A DNA stretch of 64,000 nt from Camelus ferus (taxonomy: Eukaryota): the NCBI RefSeq assembly GCF_009834535.1, contig NC_045705.1, positions 53,940,001 to 54,004,000 on the forward strand, given 5' to 3'. A model generated the notes under the pieces. The model saw only the letters and a program-made list of their open reading frames with translations, was not told the origin of the DNA and searched no databases. Within the stretch, counting starts at the first letter, position 1; every line of letters starts with the position of its first letter. Shown in pieces: positions 35,911 to 50,330 of this stretch. The translations under genes were made by a program, and so were the position numbers.

Positions 35911-37069
35911 ATCTAAAATTGTTTTAAAGATTCAAAAAACATGGCAACTAGTACTTCATACCACTTGAATGGAAACCATTGTATTTTCAAGAAACATTTC
36001 TTTGATTTTTGTGAACTTCCCAAAAGAAAAGCACATGACTTATTCAGTTCATAACCTAGTGCCAGGAATAAAGGAGGCTCTAAATAAGTATTTATTGAAT
36101 TAGAGTTAATGTTTAACCAGCAGTTATTTGTTGAATACTTGCCCTGTAGCAGACACTGTACTTTGAGGCCAGGATAATTAGTTCAACCTCCCACATCACT
36201 TTCATCTACCCACAAAAGTTTCTACAACTGCATCTCCAGCTCTGAATGACCAGTTAACTCCTTTTTACCTTTATGTCTCAGTTTAAATGTCATTTCTTTA
36301 GCAAAGTTTTCCTTGATCCTCATAAATAAATATATTTGCCAGATGATATCATAAGGAATAGGGACTGAGCAAAAAGATACAGTTGGGGCTTTTGGCAGTG
36401 AGGTAGGATCAGTAGATAGAAGTCTGAGGTCAAAGATGCCTAAGACTTATGAGGCCAAGATCCTGGACAGGAAATAACTATAGAGAAGTGAGCCTGAAAT
36501 TGTATGTGTAATTTCTCATTATGGAGTTTGACTACTCCCAGCACATGGGCTGGTGAGATAGCAAACACCAGGTGGAAGTCAGCCTGCGAGAGCCTGATCT
36601 TACCAGAGATTTTGGCATTTTGCAGCGCTGGTTGGATAGAGCTTGGTAGATAGGCCATTTAAGATAGGTGGGACCCATAACAACTTACGCTTTTATTTGA
36701 GAGTCCTGAAGGTTGGTATCTTGGGAGTAATTGTTACATCCTAGAAATAAGGTCAAATCAGACATAGATCATCCCCACAAAGGACAGCACCCAACCTACA
36801 CTGGAAAAACCACTACATTCTACTAGGATGCAAGTTTAGGAGTTATACTGTACATAGAGACATCAGTTCTCTATGTGAATGGCCCTTTTGGGCACTGTAT
36901 TTTCATTTCCTCAAAGGGACGAAGCCTTTTATTTTCTTGCAAGAATAAAATTAAATACATTTTGGAGGAAGATAATGTCATTTAGAACCTCTACAATTTT
37001 CTATCCATATTGCCCATCATCCAATGAAATAAGACAAGATATGCCATTAAACAGGACCAAATGAATGAA

Positions 37070-37770
37070 AACCAGTACTTCAAATTAAATATTAAAAATA
37101 TGTCTAAGAAAAATAGAGGAATAAAATGAAGACTCATACCACAGAACTGAATACAGTAAAAGAAATAAAAAGAACTAAATTTAAATCTTAGAAATGAAAA
37201 ATAAAATAAATTAGGAATTCAGCAGATGGATTAATAGTAGATTGGACACAGCAGAAAAGAGGAGGAGTAAACTGAAAAGAGGTCAGGAGACAACATACAT
37301 ATTACAAGACAAAGAAAAATATCAAAAATCAAAAAGAATGCGAGAGCTGTATAAGAAATTGTGGAAAGACCTAACCTATGTGTGATTGAAGATCTAAAAA
37401 AAAAGGAGAGGTAGAAAGAGTTCTGAAGAAATATTCAATGATAATTTTCCAAACTGATGAAGGACCATGAGCTAAAAATCCATTAAACTTTGCAGATTTT
37501 AAAAATGATAAATACAGGAAGAACCACACTTACAGAAATCATGAAAAGGCTACAGGAAGTCTAAAACAAACAAACAAAAATGTTAAAAACTTCGAGGGGA
37601 AAAATAAAAGACATATTCCCCTCAAAAAAGAAGGAGAAAAAATGAAGACTGAGAGCTGAGTTCTGGAAAGAAATGATGGAAGCAAGAAAACAATTAAATC
37701 TTAAAAGTGCTAAAAGATTTTTAACTAAAAACCTAGAATTCTACACAAAATAGAAATATCTCTCAAAAGT
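37070..37770 (+). mobile_element. Old LINE-1 ORF1-region fragment
   Basis: A-rich text: GCAGATGGATTAATAGTAGATTGGACACAGCAGAAAAGAGG...TTTTCCAAACTGATGAAGGAC. Confidence 0.65.
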
Positions 37771-37777
37771 GTAGGTG

Positions 37778-38152
37778 CAGTAGAAGTCCAAGATCAAGGT
37801 ATGGGCAGGGTTGGTTCCTTCTGAGGGCTGTGGGATCTGCTCCATGCTTTTCACCTAGCTTTTCCTGGTTTGCTGTCAATCTTTGAAGTTCCATGGCTTG
37901 TAGAAGCATAACCCATATTTCTGTCTTTATCTCCACATGATGTTCTTTCTGTGTGTTGTCTGTATCCTAATTGTCCTTTTTAAAATAAGGATACCAGACA
38001 TACTGTATTAGAAACCCAGCCTACTTCAATATGAGTTCATCTTAACTAATTACATCCACAACAACCCTATTCCCAGATAAGGTACATTCTAAGGTACTGG
38101 CAGCTAGGACTTCAACATATAAATTTTTGAGGGACATAATTCAATCCATAAC
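37778..38152 (-). mobile_element. MLT1 (MaLR) LTR, MLT1C-like
   Basis: GAAGTCCAAGATCAAGG...AGGACTTCAACATATAAATTTTTGAGGGACATAATTCAATCCATAACA. Confidence 0.8.
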
Positions 38153-38779
38153 AACAAATCCAGCCCTTCTCCCTTTTTCTTGCAACTGAGCCTACCCTCG
38201 TTGTTCTTGGCAGCTCTTGGTCATGCTGTAACCTAATGGATAAAGGCCTAGACTCATTGGGGAGACCTGAGTATTTCCATTATTGCCAGTGACAAAGGAA
38301 AAAGTGTCAAATTCTGGGATTTAGAATGCAAAAACATATATGTCCACAAAATTGTGGCACATTCTCTAACATCAGCTCTTTCATTCATACAGATAATATT
38401 TTGCTCTTCTATATACCTTCTCTTTCTGCCATTTCTTTAGTTGATTTAGAGTTTGGGAGAAGAGAATGAGTGTCATTGTACATCCTGTCTAGTAGGGACT
38501 ATTAACAGTGTCACACCACACTCCCTGCATCTGGATAATTGAATTATTTGAATCCCTTAAAGTGGAAATATGAATGAAAAAAAAACTCTGCATGGATTCA
38601 TTGTAATCAATCGGGGAGTGTTTAAGCTCCTACACAAAAGAGACTTAAAGAAGGAAGAGGTCAATATGGGACATGTGTTCCCCCTGAGAGACGGAACGGG
38701 ATGGAGGGGAGCAGACCATTTTGATAGATGTGCCATCAGAGTCACCCCAAACTTGTTAGAGTACTAAACCTCACAATGA

Positions 38780-39350
38780 TTTGCCAGTTATTGAGAAAGA
38801 ACAGAGAAGAGTAAATAGTTTGGGGAGAAATATGAAAAATTCAGTCAGGTAACACTGAATTTGAAAGTCTTGAGGAAAAGGTCAGTGAAGTTCATCTGTC
38901 CTCCGAGGAAGGTTGTATGTGAAGACTTGGTTGCTGCCACCACACAGATGTCAGCCGAGCTCATGGGAGAAGATGAGGTCACCCAAGGAGACCATGAGGA
39001 ATGGGGAGAAGGGCAGAGGGCTGAGCATGAATCCTGGTGAAAAGCAAGAAGTGTAGGGGGAAACATGAAGAGGAAGACTGCCTGAAAACTTCAACCACCA
39101 AAGTGCAGAGCACCCACCACAACTCGAACATAGCCCTTTCCAAGACTGAAGTAATACCTTGGAGTTCCCTCTCTTCGTGAAGGGCCATGTCTGTGCTGAC
39201 TTTAGCTCCAGAATTATTGCACTGATAGGATTACAGGCCCATAACTGATGCAAGTAAAGAAGTATGAATGGGGAAACAGGACCAGAGAAATTCCACAAAG
39301 TGGCTTCCAGGCAGGAAAGGAGGTGGTTTTCTTGATCTGGTCAGTGAAGA
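38780..39350 (-). mobile_element. LINE-2 fragment
   Basis: GGAGAAGATGAGGTCACCCAAGGAGA...AGGGCTGAG...GGCCATGTCTGTGCTGACTTTAG. Confidence 0.55.
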
Positions 39351-40352
39351 ACCCAGGAATAGGAAGTTTGCTTGTAAAGTAATGCTCCCCAACTGTCTCA
39401 GGATTTTTCTGACATTTATATGCTAAATATTAAACATATTAACTAAAATATTAATCATGTCATTGTGAAAGGAGTGCAGGAGGCAGGGAATCAATTTAGA
39501 GGCAATTGTCATAACCAAACTGGATCATAAGCACCTTCAAAAAAGGCAGTGGAACAATCTGTGATGGTGGACAGCTCCTTGAGACACAAAATGTGTAGCG
39601 GATATTTCTTGCCTAAACCATAACTTCGTATCTCCTGTCTATCAACTGTTACTGGAAGAAAGTCCCTTCTCAGTCTCTCATGCCAAAGAAAAGGAACTTC
39701 CAAAATCCTACCCTATTATTCATCTGGTAAGACAAGTCATGAGAAGAGTCAGCTGAAATTTATACAGAGTTTCTTCTGTGTTATCTGGGTTGGATCTCTT
39801 AATGGTCAAACATGGGAATCATGATCTTTGCTCTGGCTTAAATAAAGTAAAGATAAATAGAAGCTTTTCTGAGACACTAACATCAAGGTTTCCAATAGTT
39901 GAACTATCCATTGACCAATGCAAGGCAGTATCTTTAAAGAAAGTACCTTGAACTGCTGACTTGTCAATATTACCATCTGTTACACATCACTGAGGAGGAT
40001 TTTCTTTCCCAAATGGTATTTTACAAAAATGGAATTCAATTAAATCTGATCTTTGATTGAAATATCTCTCCATTTATGTAAAGTTCTATAATTGGTAAAT
40101 GGGATTTTAAGTAGAAAAGTTTTTGAAGGTATCCCTACCTTGAAAAATCCATATTTAATTTGAACCAAGTGGATATCCATGGTAATGATACACTTAACTC
40201 TATAAATGGAAGTAAACATTGGATTTTTTATATATTTATGGGAGCTTCTCATTGTAAAAGTGATAAAGTTAATGAGAAATATCACTAAACATCCAGCACA
40301 AATGTTCCCCAAATCAATGGTTTGTTATTTATAGATTTATACCTGATTTAAT

Positions 40353-41291
40353 TCAGGAAAACCAATGTGTTCTAGCCATTAGTTTTCGCATGGCCTTCTT
40401 CACCTCCTTGTTCCTCAGACTGTAGATGAGGGGGTTCAACATGGGGACCACCACTGTGTAGATTACAGATGCCACTTTGACTTGGTCCGCTGAATAGCTT
40501 GATTTGGGCATCACATAGACAAACAAAACTGTCCCATAAAACAAAGTGACTGCAGTGAGGTGGGAAGTGCAGGTGGAGAAGGCCTTCTTCCTCCCCTCAG
40601 TAGAGCGCATTCTCAGGATTGAATGGAGGATGTACCTATAGGACACAGTGATGGTAAACAGTGTGCTTATAAGGACTGAGGCAGAGGAGATGGCAGGAGA
40701 TATTTCAGCAAGGTAAACATGGCCACAAGAAAGCTTCAAGAGTGGGAAGAGGTCACAGAAAAAATGGTTGATTTTATTCGGTCCACAGAAGGACAGGTTC
40801 ATCAGACAGCCTGTAAATGATGAAGCATTCATGCATCCACCCAGGTAGGAGGCCCCCAGTAGGAGGAAGCAGACCACTGGGGACATCTGGGTGGAGTAGA
40901 GCAAGGGAGAGCAGATGGCCACATAGCGATCATAGGCCATGGTGGCCAGCAGGAAGCACTCTGTAGTCCCAAAGGTGACATCAGAGCCGAGCTGGGCTAT
41001 ACAGCCGGTGACTGGGATAGCAGTTTTCTCTCTCAAGAAGCTCATCAGCATGATTGGTGTGACTGATGTGGAATACCCAATGTCCACAAAGGCCAAATGG
41101 CTAAGAAAAAGGTACATAGGGGTGTGAAGCTGTGGGCTGCTTTGGATTAAGATAATTATGCTGATATTTCCCACTATGGTTGCTACGTAAACACCTAGAA
41201 AAATCACAAAGAAAATGGCACATAGTGTGGGGTTGTCTGTTAATCCCAGAATAATGAACTCTGTCACTGTTGTGTGGTTTTCAGTCTCCAT
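40353..41291 (-). CDS. Olfactory receptor family 5 (OR5E1/Or5p4-like), intact, 312 aa
   Basis: [47 protein letters not shown] and [14 protein letters not shown]; ends ARTHWFS. Confidence 0.95.
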   Translation of the reverse strand: METENHTTVTEFIILGLTDNPTLCAIFFVIFLGVYVATIVGNISIIILIQSSPQLHTPMYLFLSHLAFVDIGYSTSVTPIMLMSFLREKTAIPVTGCIAQLGSDVTFGTTECFLLATMAYDRYVAICSPLLYSTQMSPVVCFLLLGASYLGGCMNASSFTGCLMNLSFCGPNKINHFFCDLFPLLKLSCGHVYLAEISPAISSASVLISTLFTITVSYRYILHSILRMRSTEGRKKAFSTCTSHLTAVTLFYGTVLFVYVMPKSSYSADQVKVASVIYTVVVPMLNPLIYSLRNKEVKKAMRKLMARTHWFS

Positions 41292-42639
41292 CTATCCATC
41301 TAATGGTGCCTACTGAAATCAGAACCAGAGGAAATTAAATTGACTGAAATGACCCCAAGTTTAATGTATATACCTAAGCATAACCTAAACACAACCTTAT
41401 AAATATTTTAAATGATAAATCTGCCTCACTTATAGAATACTTTGTGCACACAAAATTTCAATTTCCATGAAAATATTAAAATTGAAGATTTGATTACCTT
41501 AGGACTCAGCTATTTTACTCCTATGTATATACCATGGCGTAAGTCTTACCCATGTGCACAGGAGATCTGTAAAAGAATGTTTACCGCACCATTGATTGTA
41601 ATAACATGAACTGTAAATAACCTAAATGTTCATAGAAAGACCAGCTCTTGATTTTCCAACCCCATCCCAAATGCACCTCTATTCAGTAATGTCAATCTTA
41701 GTAAATACTATCTGCATTTATCCAATTGATTGAGCCGGAAAATGTGGTGTTGACTTTGACATCTCTTTCTTACTTGATCCTTTCCCTGGAATAAAAAAAA
41801 AAATCACATTCTTATTTATAATAACTGAAACCAAGGGATAGAAATTGTCCATGTTCAAGATGAAAGAGCCAAATAGAATTTTTACTATTGTTTTGAGCCA
41901 AACATCCTGGATATTTTGCAAAAACTTCTAGGACTTGTCTCCTATACCATACCTTTTCATACTTATGGGATTGCATGTTGCAGTAAGAAAATCTAGATAT
42001 TTTTATGGACCAGGATTAAATGGAAAGTGAACTGAAACATTTGGGACTTGGACTAATTAAGTTTAAGTTTCATCACTTCTATTAAGCAACAATAGAGCAG
42101 TAAGAAGTGGGGGCATATGATGAGAACAGGAGGAAAGTGTAGTTAGGGAGGTAGGGATAGAGGTAGCCATCTAGGAAAGCTAGAAAATTAGACTGAAAGA
42201 AAGGTTAGCATTTCAAAATAATACTCCTTTACTTTAAAATAGATCACATGATCAAGTGCAAGGGAGAATGTGTTCATTATCCTTAGTCATTCCTGTGACT
42301 CCTCTAATTTAAATACCAACATATTCTTATGAATAATTTGTTTTTTCAAGAACTTGTATCTTAAGGAGAATTAAGTAAACATACACACATAACTATCAGC
42401 AACCACACACGTTTTACTCAATGTTACATGTGAATCATGGCAATAGTATACTATATAGCATGACTAGTTACTAGAATTATGTATCTGAATGATCAAGTTC
42501 TGGCTCTTTTAACTAAACAAAGACCCAAGCCAGAAATGAATTTTATATTTTTAAAGAAAATAGATGTATGAAAGACACAAATGTTTTCAAAGTTGTATAT
42601 GAGTGCCAGCAGGGAAGGCAAAGGGACGTGCAGAATCCC

Positions 42640-42860
42640 ATGGACTTTGGAGCCATGCAAATCTGAAATCAGTTTCTAGCTCTGCCTCTCACTGTCTCTG
42701 AAATCACAGGCAAGTTATAAAAAAAAGTTTGCTCTTGTTTCCTTACCTGTAAAAAGGAGACAGTTATACGTACCTCATGCGGTTCTTGTGTTAAATTATA
42801 TGAAGTGAGTGAAAACTCCAAACACTGTTTATGCAACAAATAAATGCTCAGTTACTAATA
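42640..42860 (+). mobile_element. MIR SINE
   Basis: GGACTTTGGAGCC...GGCAAGTTA...TTTCCTTACCTGTAAAAAGGAG...AATAAATGCTCAG. Confidence 0.7.
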
Positions 42861-44399
42861 GTTTGCTTGAAATGATCAACTTGTAATTTCTGGGACATAG
42901 GAGAAAATCAAATATGTCTGTGTCCTTAAAAACGGACAAGTGTGAACTAGTGATACATCTTCTGCAACACTACCAATAGTCTCCAAGGAATTGTTGCTGT
43001 ACAGCAAGGGCACATGTAAGTGAGGTCTGTGTCATTGGGGATAAGGCCCACATCACCTACTTCATTTGTAATTACAAATTAATTATTTTACTTGTTTTGG
43101 AAAACCAAACTGAGAATCCACTGGGATAGAGAAATTACATGTATACATCTGCTGGGACAGATAAATAGCATGTAACATGATTATGTAAAGTGTGTGAATA
43201 AAATATTTTCTAAATACCCTGAAATTCCAGTTATTTTTAATTAAATAGAAAAAAGCTAAAAATTTCATTTTAATCAAATTGAAAAACATTTTACTATCAT
43301 TGGAGTTGATGATTAGATCAACATGACTAATATGGCTGTGACAATTTGTGGCATTTCTGAAACATGGCTATTATATATTCAGTGGTCCAGATTTTCATGC
43401 CACCTATGTTTGGAGATAATTTGGGGTTGCTGGTACAGTTTAGTTTACAAATATGCATCCAATGGAACCGCAGTATTATTATCAACATAAGTGACATACA
43501 TTTTTAAATCATATGAATTTTCCATATATATTATAGATTTGCACTAGAACACTTGAGATACACACCTGGCTTGTTGGCAGTAGACATTTCTCATATACAC
43601 CATCTTCTTTCTCCCCATTGCCAACCCTGGATCCACCAGCATGTATACTTTCTAGTAGAACAATGAAGCTTGCACTAACACCTTTCTTATGACCTTGTCA
43701 CACGCAGATGCCACATTGACTAGCAGGTTGTCAAAGACACATGTCCACAATTGATTCTGGCTGTGTTCTTGAACCACAGCCACATAACAGAACATTCTCT
43801 AGGTTGAAGGTCAGTTTCCTTTGGTTCTGGGCTTGAGGGAGCCTATAGATCAGTAGCCATCAGAACAAAGCTAAGCCTGATAATCCACATTAGGAGGCTT
43901 GAACAGCTCACACATCTCAACTCCAACAAGTCAGGAAATGGACCTGCTGCAAGGTTCCATCTGTCCCAGAAAGACACAGCTCCTTTAGGTTCTAAGGAAG
44001 CCCAACTGTGACTAATGAATGATACAAAACCTTTCCAGATGACGTCTGGGAGAATTCAATTCCCTTCACCCCTGCCATCCTCCTAACATTTTGTTTATGC
44101 CATTTGATTAATGCCCATTATAGCTTTGGATCTTATTCTTTCCCTAGTGTGGAAGTGCAGTGTCTATGACTAACAATTTTTGTATCCCTCTTTAACGGTG
44201 CAGTGTTGGGAATATAGAAGGCACTAAGTAGATGTTTGTTAAATTAGTGTTAAACAATTAAAAAAAATCTTTCTATGTAGCAGACACTGTGCTATGACTT
44301 AGAGATAGATTTCTATCTTTACCCGACTACAAACTGTTGTATAGCTGTATTCATCACTCCACCCTCTTCCAATGGAAGACTAACTTCTAGTCATCTTAG

Positions 44400-44690
44400 G
44401 TCTTGGGTTTAAATTTATTTCACTATTGAAATCTTCTCTTCACACTAGACTGAGTCATATTCTCCTGGTGAACAATTTCAAAGAACCTTGAAATACGTTT
44501 TGTACTTACATACTTTTAATTATATAGGCACTGGAGCAAATAATTGCATAATGTATTTTTACGTACTATCCTACAATTTCCACGAGGGAGGGATCGCCTC
44601 TGCCTTGTTCAACACTATTCTTAGAACATTACAGAGTGCCTGGTACATAGCAGTACTAAATGAATGAATGAACAAGTGAATAAATGAATG
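44400..44690 (+). mobile_element. LINE-2 3' end
   Basis: AGAGTGCCTGGTACATAGCAGTACTAAATGAATGAATGAAC terminus. Confidence 0.65.
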
Positions 44691-44699
44691 ATCTATTTT

Positions 44700-47600
44700 T
44701 TGGTATTTATTTTATTGTGGTAAGAGCACTTAGCATGAGACTTGTCCTCTTAATAGGTTTTTAAGTGTACAATACACTATTGTTAACTATAGGTATGGTG
44801 TTCTACAGCAGATCTCTAGAACTTATTCATCTTTTTTAATCCTTATTTTTATTGAAGTAGTCAATTTACAATATTAGTTTCAGCTGTACAGCAAAGTGGT
44901 TCAGTTATACATATACATACATATATTTTTTCAGATTTTTTCCATTACAGAACATTACAAGAAATTGAATATAGTTCCCTGTGCTATACAGTAGGTCCTT
45001 GTTGTTTATCTGTTTTATATATAGTAGTGTGTATCTGTTAATCCCAAACTGTTAATATATCCCTCCTCTCCCCTTTCCCCTTGGGAATCACAGTTTATTT
45101 TCTATGAGCATGAGTCTATTTCTGGCTTGTAAATAAAATTTGTAACTTTTTTTGATTCCACATAGAAGCAACATTATATAATATTTGTCCTTCTCTGTCT
45201 GAGTTACTTCATTTAATATGATAATCTCTAGGTCCATCCATGTTGCTGCACATGGCATTATTTCATTATTTTCATGGCTGAGTAGATCTTATTCACCTTG
45301 CTTAAATGAAACTTTATGCCTGTTGGTTAGCAACTCCTCATTTCAATCTAACCTCAACCCCTGGCAACCATCATTCCACTCCTGAGTCTATGAATTCAAC
45401 TATTTTAGATACCTTGTAAAGTGGAATCATGTGGTACTGTCCTCCTGTGACTGGCTTATTTTTACTTAGCACAGTGTTCTCCAGGTCCATCCATGTTGTC
45501 ACATATTGAAGAATTTCTTTCTTTTTTTTAAGACCATAATATTCCACATCTTGGCTATTGTGAATAGTGCTACAATGAACATGGGAGTGCTAATCAGTAC
45601 CTCTTTGAGGTCTTTTAGGTAAATATCTAGAGGTTAGGTTAGTGGATCATATGGTAGTTCTATTTTTAATTATTTGAGGAAACGTCATACTGTTGTCCAT
45701 AGCAACTGCAGCATTTTGCATTCCCAGCAAAATTGTACAAAAGTTTTTTTTTCCCTTTCTCCACATCCTTGCATACACTTGTCTTTTTTTTTTCTTTTTT
45801 TGTAATNNNNNNNNNNNNNNNNNNNNNNNNNNNNNNNNNNNNNNNNNNNNNNNNNNNNNNNNNNNNNNNNNNNNNNNNNNNNNNNNNNNNNNNNNNNNNN
45901 NNNNNNNNNNNNNNNNNNNNNNNNNNNNNNNNNNNNNNNNNNNNNNNNNNNNNNNNNNNNNNNNNNNNNNNNNNNNGCTGTAGTCATATGAGTTCCTTAT
46001 ACATTTTGGAAATTAACCCCTTATCAGAAAGATAGTTTGAAAATATTTTCTCTTATTCTATAGTTGCCTTTTGACTCTGTTGATTGTTTCCATTGCTTTG
46101 CAGAAGCTTTTTAGTTTAATGTAACCCCACTTGTCTATTTTTGTTTTTATTGCCTATANNNNNNNNNNNNNNNNNNNNNNNNNNNNNNNNNNNNNNNNNN
46201 NNNNNNNNNNNNNNNNNNNNNNNNNNNNNNNNNNNNNNNNNNNNNNNNNNNNNNNNNNNNNNNNNNNNNNNNNNNNNNNNNNNNNNNNNNNNNTTATTTT
46301 AAGATAATTGTCAATTTTATTCTCTTGCATGTGGATATCCAGTTTTCCCAGCATCATTTATTGAAGAGGATATCCTTTCCCCACTGTATATTCTTGAAGT
46401 GATTGTCAAAAATTACTTGACTGTATATGCATGAGTTTATTTTTGCTCACTATTCTATTCATTGATCTGTATTGTGTCTTTATGCCAGTACCATACTGTT
46501 TTAAGCACTGTAACTTTGTAATATAGTTTGGAATCAGCAAGTGTGATGCCTACAGCTTTATCCTTTTTTTCTCAAGATTATTTTTGGCTATTTGGGTTTA
46601 TTTGTGGTTCTATATATGAACTTTAGAATTATTTTTTATACTTCTGTAAGAGAAATTCCATTGGGGTTTTGATGTGGATGCATTGAATCTACTTTGGATA
46701 GAATGGATATTTTAGAAATATTAAATCTTCAAACCCAAGAATACAAAATGTTTTTACATTTGTTTGAGTTTTGTTTAATTTCTTTTATCAATATTTTGTT
46801 GTTTTAGTATACAAATCTTTCATTTCTTTAGTTAAGTTTATTTCTTGGTATTTTTTTCTTTTTGGTGTTATTGTAAATGGGATTGTTTCCTAATTTCCTT
46901 TTCAGATCACTGTTATTGTATAGAAATGAAAATAATTTTTATAGTTGATTTTGTATCTTGCAACTTTATTGAATTTGTTTATTAGTTTTAGCAGTTTTTT
47001 GATGACATTTTTTGAGTTTTCTCTATATAAAATCATACTATCTGCAAACAGGGACAATTTTAATTCTTCTTTTTGATCTGGATGCTTTTGTTTTTCCTTG
47101 TCTAATTGCCCTGGCTAAGGCTCCAATACTATGTTGAACAGATGTGGCAAGTTTGAACATTGTTCAGGGAACTATATTCAATATCTTGTAGTAACGTATA
47201 ATGAAAAAGAATATGAAAATGAATATATGTATGTATATGTATGACTGAACTATTATGCTGTACACCCAAAATTGACACAACATTGTAAACTGACTACATC
47301 AAGAAAAGAAAAAAAGATTGAACATTGCTGCCTTGTTTCTGATCTTAGAGGAAAATCTTGTGCTGAAATTTCCAGGGAGGGTCATTAGGATAGTCATGAA
47401 GAGGTTGGCTCTTGTGGTGTTTTTGTATGGATTTGTTTTTGAGGTGATGCTGTACTCTTAAAATGAATTTGAAGGTGATCTCTCTTACTCTGTTTTTTGG
47501 AAGAGTTTAAGTAGAATTAGAATTAATTCTTCTTTGATTGTTTAATAGAATTTACCCATGAAGCAAATTGTCTTGGACCTTTCTCTGTTGTGAAGTTTTT

Positions 47601-49290
47601 GATTACTGATTCAATGTCTTTGTATGTTATTGGCCTGTTTGGGCTTTCTTTTTCTCTTTATTTCCCAGATTTATTGAGATATTATAGACCTATAAATATG
47701 TAAGTTTAAGATGTACAGTGTGATAGTTTGAGACACATATATATTTCAAAATGGTTACCACAATATGGTTAATTAACACCTCTGGCCCCTTGCATAATTA
47801 TCTTTTTTGTGTGTATGTGATGAGAACATTTAAGTTCTGCTCTCTTAACAATTTTCAAGTATGTAATACAGTGCTGTTAACTAGAGTCGCCATGCTCCAC
47901 ATAAGATCCCCAGAACTTACTCATCTTCTGGCTGGAAGTCTGTATCCTTTGGCCAACACCTTACTATTCCCCCTACACCCAGTCCCTGACAACCTCTTTC
48001 TACTCTCTATTTCTATTAATTTTTTTCAATTCCACATATAAGTGAGAACATACAGTATTTGTCTTTCTCCATCTGACTTACTTCACTTAACATAATGCCC
48101 TCAAGTTCATCCATGTTGTCCCAAAAGGCAGGATGTCTTTTATGGCTGAATAATATTCCATTGTGTTTGTGTTTGTGTTTGTGTACACATTATGATATTT
48201 ATATCAGATATTCTTTATCCATTCTTCTGTTGATGGACACTTAGTTTACTTTCAAGTCTTCAATATTGTGAATAATGCTGCAATAAGCATGGGAAGGCAT
48301 GTATCCCTTTGAGATAATGTTTCCATTTCCTTCAGATGTATGTACAGAAGTGGGATTGCTGGATCATATGGTAGCTCTATTTTAACTTTCTATTTCTTCT
48401 CTATCCAATCTTAATAGGTCATACGTTTCTAGAAATTTATACATTTCTTTTGGGCTATCCAGTTCGTTCACACATAATTGTTTATATAATCCCTTATGAT
48501 ACTTTTTACTTCTGAGGCATCTATTTAATGTTTCTAATTTCATTTATCTAATATGTGATCAGTCCTGAAGAATGTGTTTCCTTTTGCTGTTTGGTAAAAA
48601 GTCCTGTATATATCAGTTAGTTTCATTTGATCTATAGTGTTCAAATCCACTATTTCTTCATTGATCTTCTGTCTGGATGTTCTATCCATTATTGAAATTG
48701 AGGTATTTAAATATCCTACCATAATTATATTGTCATCAATTTCTCCTTTCAGATCTATCAATATTTGTTTCCTATAATTAGGTGTTTTGATGTTGAGAGT
48801 ATTTATATTTACAATTGTTATGTTTCCTGTTGAATAATCCTTTTATCATTAAGTAATAATATTCTTTGTTTCTAGAGACAAAGTCTTTTTGACTTAAAGT
48901 CTTCTTTGTGTGGTATTAGCAGAGCCACTAAAGTGAGTTTCTTATAAATAGCATACAGTTGGATCTTCATTTTTAAATTTATTCAGCTATTCTGTGTCTT
49001 TATTGGGGAGTTTAGTCCATTTACATTTAAGGTGGTTATTGATGGAGGATTTACTATTTCCATTCTTTAACTATTTTTGGTTTATCTGATAGTTATTTTG
49101 TCCCACTTTTTCTGTCTTACTGTCTTTCTTTGTCTCATTGTGTGTGTGTGTTTGTGTGTTTAATTGATATTGATTCCTTTCTCTTTTTCTTTTGTAAGTA
49201 TTTTATAGTATTTTCTTTGTGGTAACTAAGGAACTTATATGAAATTTCTTATAGTTATAACAGTCTATTTTTAAGCTGATAATATCTTTA
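44700..49290 (-). mobile_element. Composite LINE-1 array with nested insertions (~44835-45282 minus, ~47163-47313 plus, ~47655-48385 minus)
   Basis: Continuous L1-antisense text. TSD-like repeats are AGA(A/T)CTTATTCA(T/C)CTT (44818, 45284) and TTGAACATTG (47153-47162, 47318-47327). Confidence 0.85.
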
Positions 49291-50330
49291 CTATAAAAAT
49301 TGACCACAGATTCAGTCTTAAAATTTTTTTAGGCATTTAAATGTTTCAGAGCATGTCTTTTGTCAATAATATAACTTGAACATTCCCAAAATTATGGAAA
49401 ATAAACAACATATTTGTAAATAATACAAAAGTCAAGAAAGAAATCATGATAAGAATTAGATGTGTTAGCTAGATTAGATATTAGCTAAAATGTAACATAT
49501 TAAATCTTATTGGACACTGCTAATGCAATGACTATAAGGAAATTTTGCATATTGCAAAAAAAAGAATGCAAACTATTATGTAAGTGTCTTTCTCAAGCCT
49601 TCTCAAGAATTTAAATAAAAAACTTTTAATTAAACCCCCCAAAAGAAGAAAATAATAGAGATGAATATACATTTATAAAATAGAAAATTGATGTACAGTA
49701 CAGAAAAGCACAAATCAAAATTTCATCCTTTAAAAATGCTAATAAAATTGATAAACCACTAAGGCTTATTAATAAGATATATAGAAAAAAACTCAAAAAA
49801 GATATGTAGAAAATACAATATTGGAATGAAATGGGAACAACATTATAAATCCTACAGAAAGTAAAAATAAGATATAATTTTGAAATATAAAGGAATTGGA
49901 AAACCACTTGGAAGAATATCTTACCAAAAATGACAAGAAAGAAATTGAGAAACTGAATATTCCTTTTTTCATTAATAAAAGTGAGTCTTATAGTGAAAAA
50001 CTTTCCCACAAAAATGGAAGGCCCAGATGGCTTTACTGTTGAAGTTTTACAAATATCACAGATATAAATATCACTGATCCCGTAAAATGTTCTTCCGAGA
50101 AAAGACAACAAACACTTTCCGAATCATTTTTATATTTTAATACTCCCACCTGAAAACTTCATTTCAAGAATGGAAAATGTTAAGCCAAATTCTCTCATGC
50201 ACATGGATGCAAACATCCTAAACCAAATAATTAGCAAATCAAACCTAGTGGTAATAAAATGGATAAAAAAAGCAACTAAAGTTGTGTTTATTCCAGAAAA
50301 TCTAGATTGATTTAACATTCACAACTTAAT
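49290..50330 (+). mobile_element. Old LINE-1 ORF2 fragment
   Basis: AATAAAATTGATAAACCACT...AGGCCCAGATGGCTTTACTG...ATGGATGCAAACATCCTAAACCAAAT. Confidence 0.75.

Noticed and set aside
39620-39631. ATAACTTCGTAT, 12/13 of a loxP half-site (a shorter match lies at ~51313)
   Set aside because: There is no inverted partner arm or 8-bp spacer, so this is a chance match in AT-rich DNA.
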